From contig JACQDT010000001.1 of the NCBI GenBank assembly GCA_016200965.1, positions 3,544-67,543 of the forward strand: a stretch of DNA of 64,000 bases. Reading direction: 5' to 3'. The notes under the pieces are model-generated. The model saw nothing but the letters and a program-made list of their open reading frames with translations, searched no databases and was not told the origin of the DNA. Both the position numbers and the translations under genes were made by a program. Each line of letters opens with the position of its first letter. Position 1 is the stretch's first letter. The DNA is from Candidatus Azambacteria bacterium (lineage in GTDB: Bacteria; Patescibacteriota; Minisyncoccia; GWC2-36-17; WO2-46-25). Of this stretch, positions 63,992-64,000 are shown in pieces.

Positions 63992-64000
63992 TGCTAATTG

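Overview
This 64-kb window looks like chromosomal DNA from a small-genome bacterium. Its gene content (lamin-tail-domain surface protein, DUF3179, ApbE/FMN-bind cluster, truncated AlaRS and Obg) is compatible with a Patescibacteria/CPR-like lineage, but that is inference only. The standard genetic code is used: rpmE, for example, ends in TGA.

Gene content, in order:
- A minus-strand group-4-hydrogenase / complex-I-like membrane module (HycG/NuoB-like small subunit, then HyfB-, HyfC-, HyfE- and HyfF-like subunits), followed by a Ugd-like dehydrogenase.
- rpmE and prfA.
- rplY, a 2-hydroxyacid dehydrogenase, and the alpha-operon ribosomal genes in the order infA-rpmJ-rpsM-rpsK-rpsD-rpoA-rplQ, followed by rplM-rpsI. 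rpmJ was not in the ORF track.
- A translationally coupled four-gene operon of unknown function that ends in an 807-aa AAA+ ATPase, next to an SPFH-like membrane protein.
- alaS and mnmA.
- An ECF sigma factor / putative anti-sigma factor pair.
- A roughly 9-kb thiol-redox and copper island: two TlpA-thioredoxin-CcdA modules, two single-Cys glutaredoxin-fold proteins, ArsR and XRE regulators, a cupredoxin, DUF3179, and a 53-aa Cys/His-rich metallothionein-like ORF that was not in the track.
- Surface proteins: a lamin-tail-domain/PKD protein, a disrupted adhesin-like gene, and a LysM-RlpA protein.
- A DEAD-box helicase, a P1B-type heavy-metal ATPase, a UvrD-family helicase-nuclease, and obg.
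- An FMN-bind / ApbE / membrane-FNR flavinylation-type cluster.
- An ABC-F ATPase and a GIY-YIG nuclease.

Most notable observations:
- A family of nearly identical 42-bp units (GTCATACGACGACTGCTCCGCTCTCTGCGTTCGCGGGTTGCC) is inserted in frame, singly or as tandem pairs, into at least six unrelated genes: mnmA, the P-type ATPase, the UvrD-family helicase, the lamin-tail protein, a hypothetical protein and a truncated HI0933-like gene. Five of the unit's six reading frames are stop-free.
- A second, 28-bp GC-rich palindromic intragenic element occurs in two other genes.
- A promoter/operator architecture is duplicated in front of two operons.
- A hairpin-bracketed GC-rich insert lies between rpsM and rpsK.
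- A roughly 300-bp palindromic MITE-like element sits next to the GIY-YIG gene.
- Three genes carry apparent frameshifts or an in-frame stop (rpsD, the HI0933-like gene, the adhesin gene). These may be assembly errors rather than real lesions.
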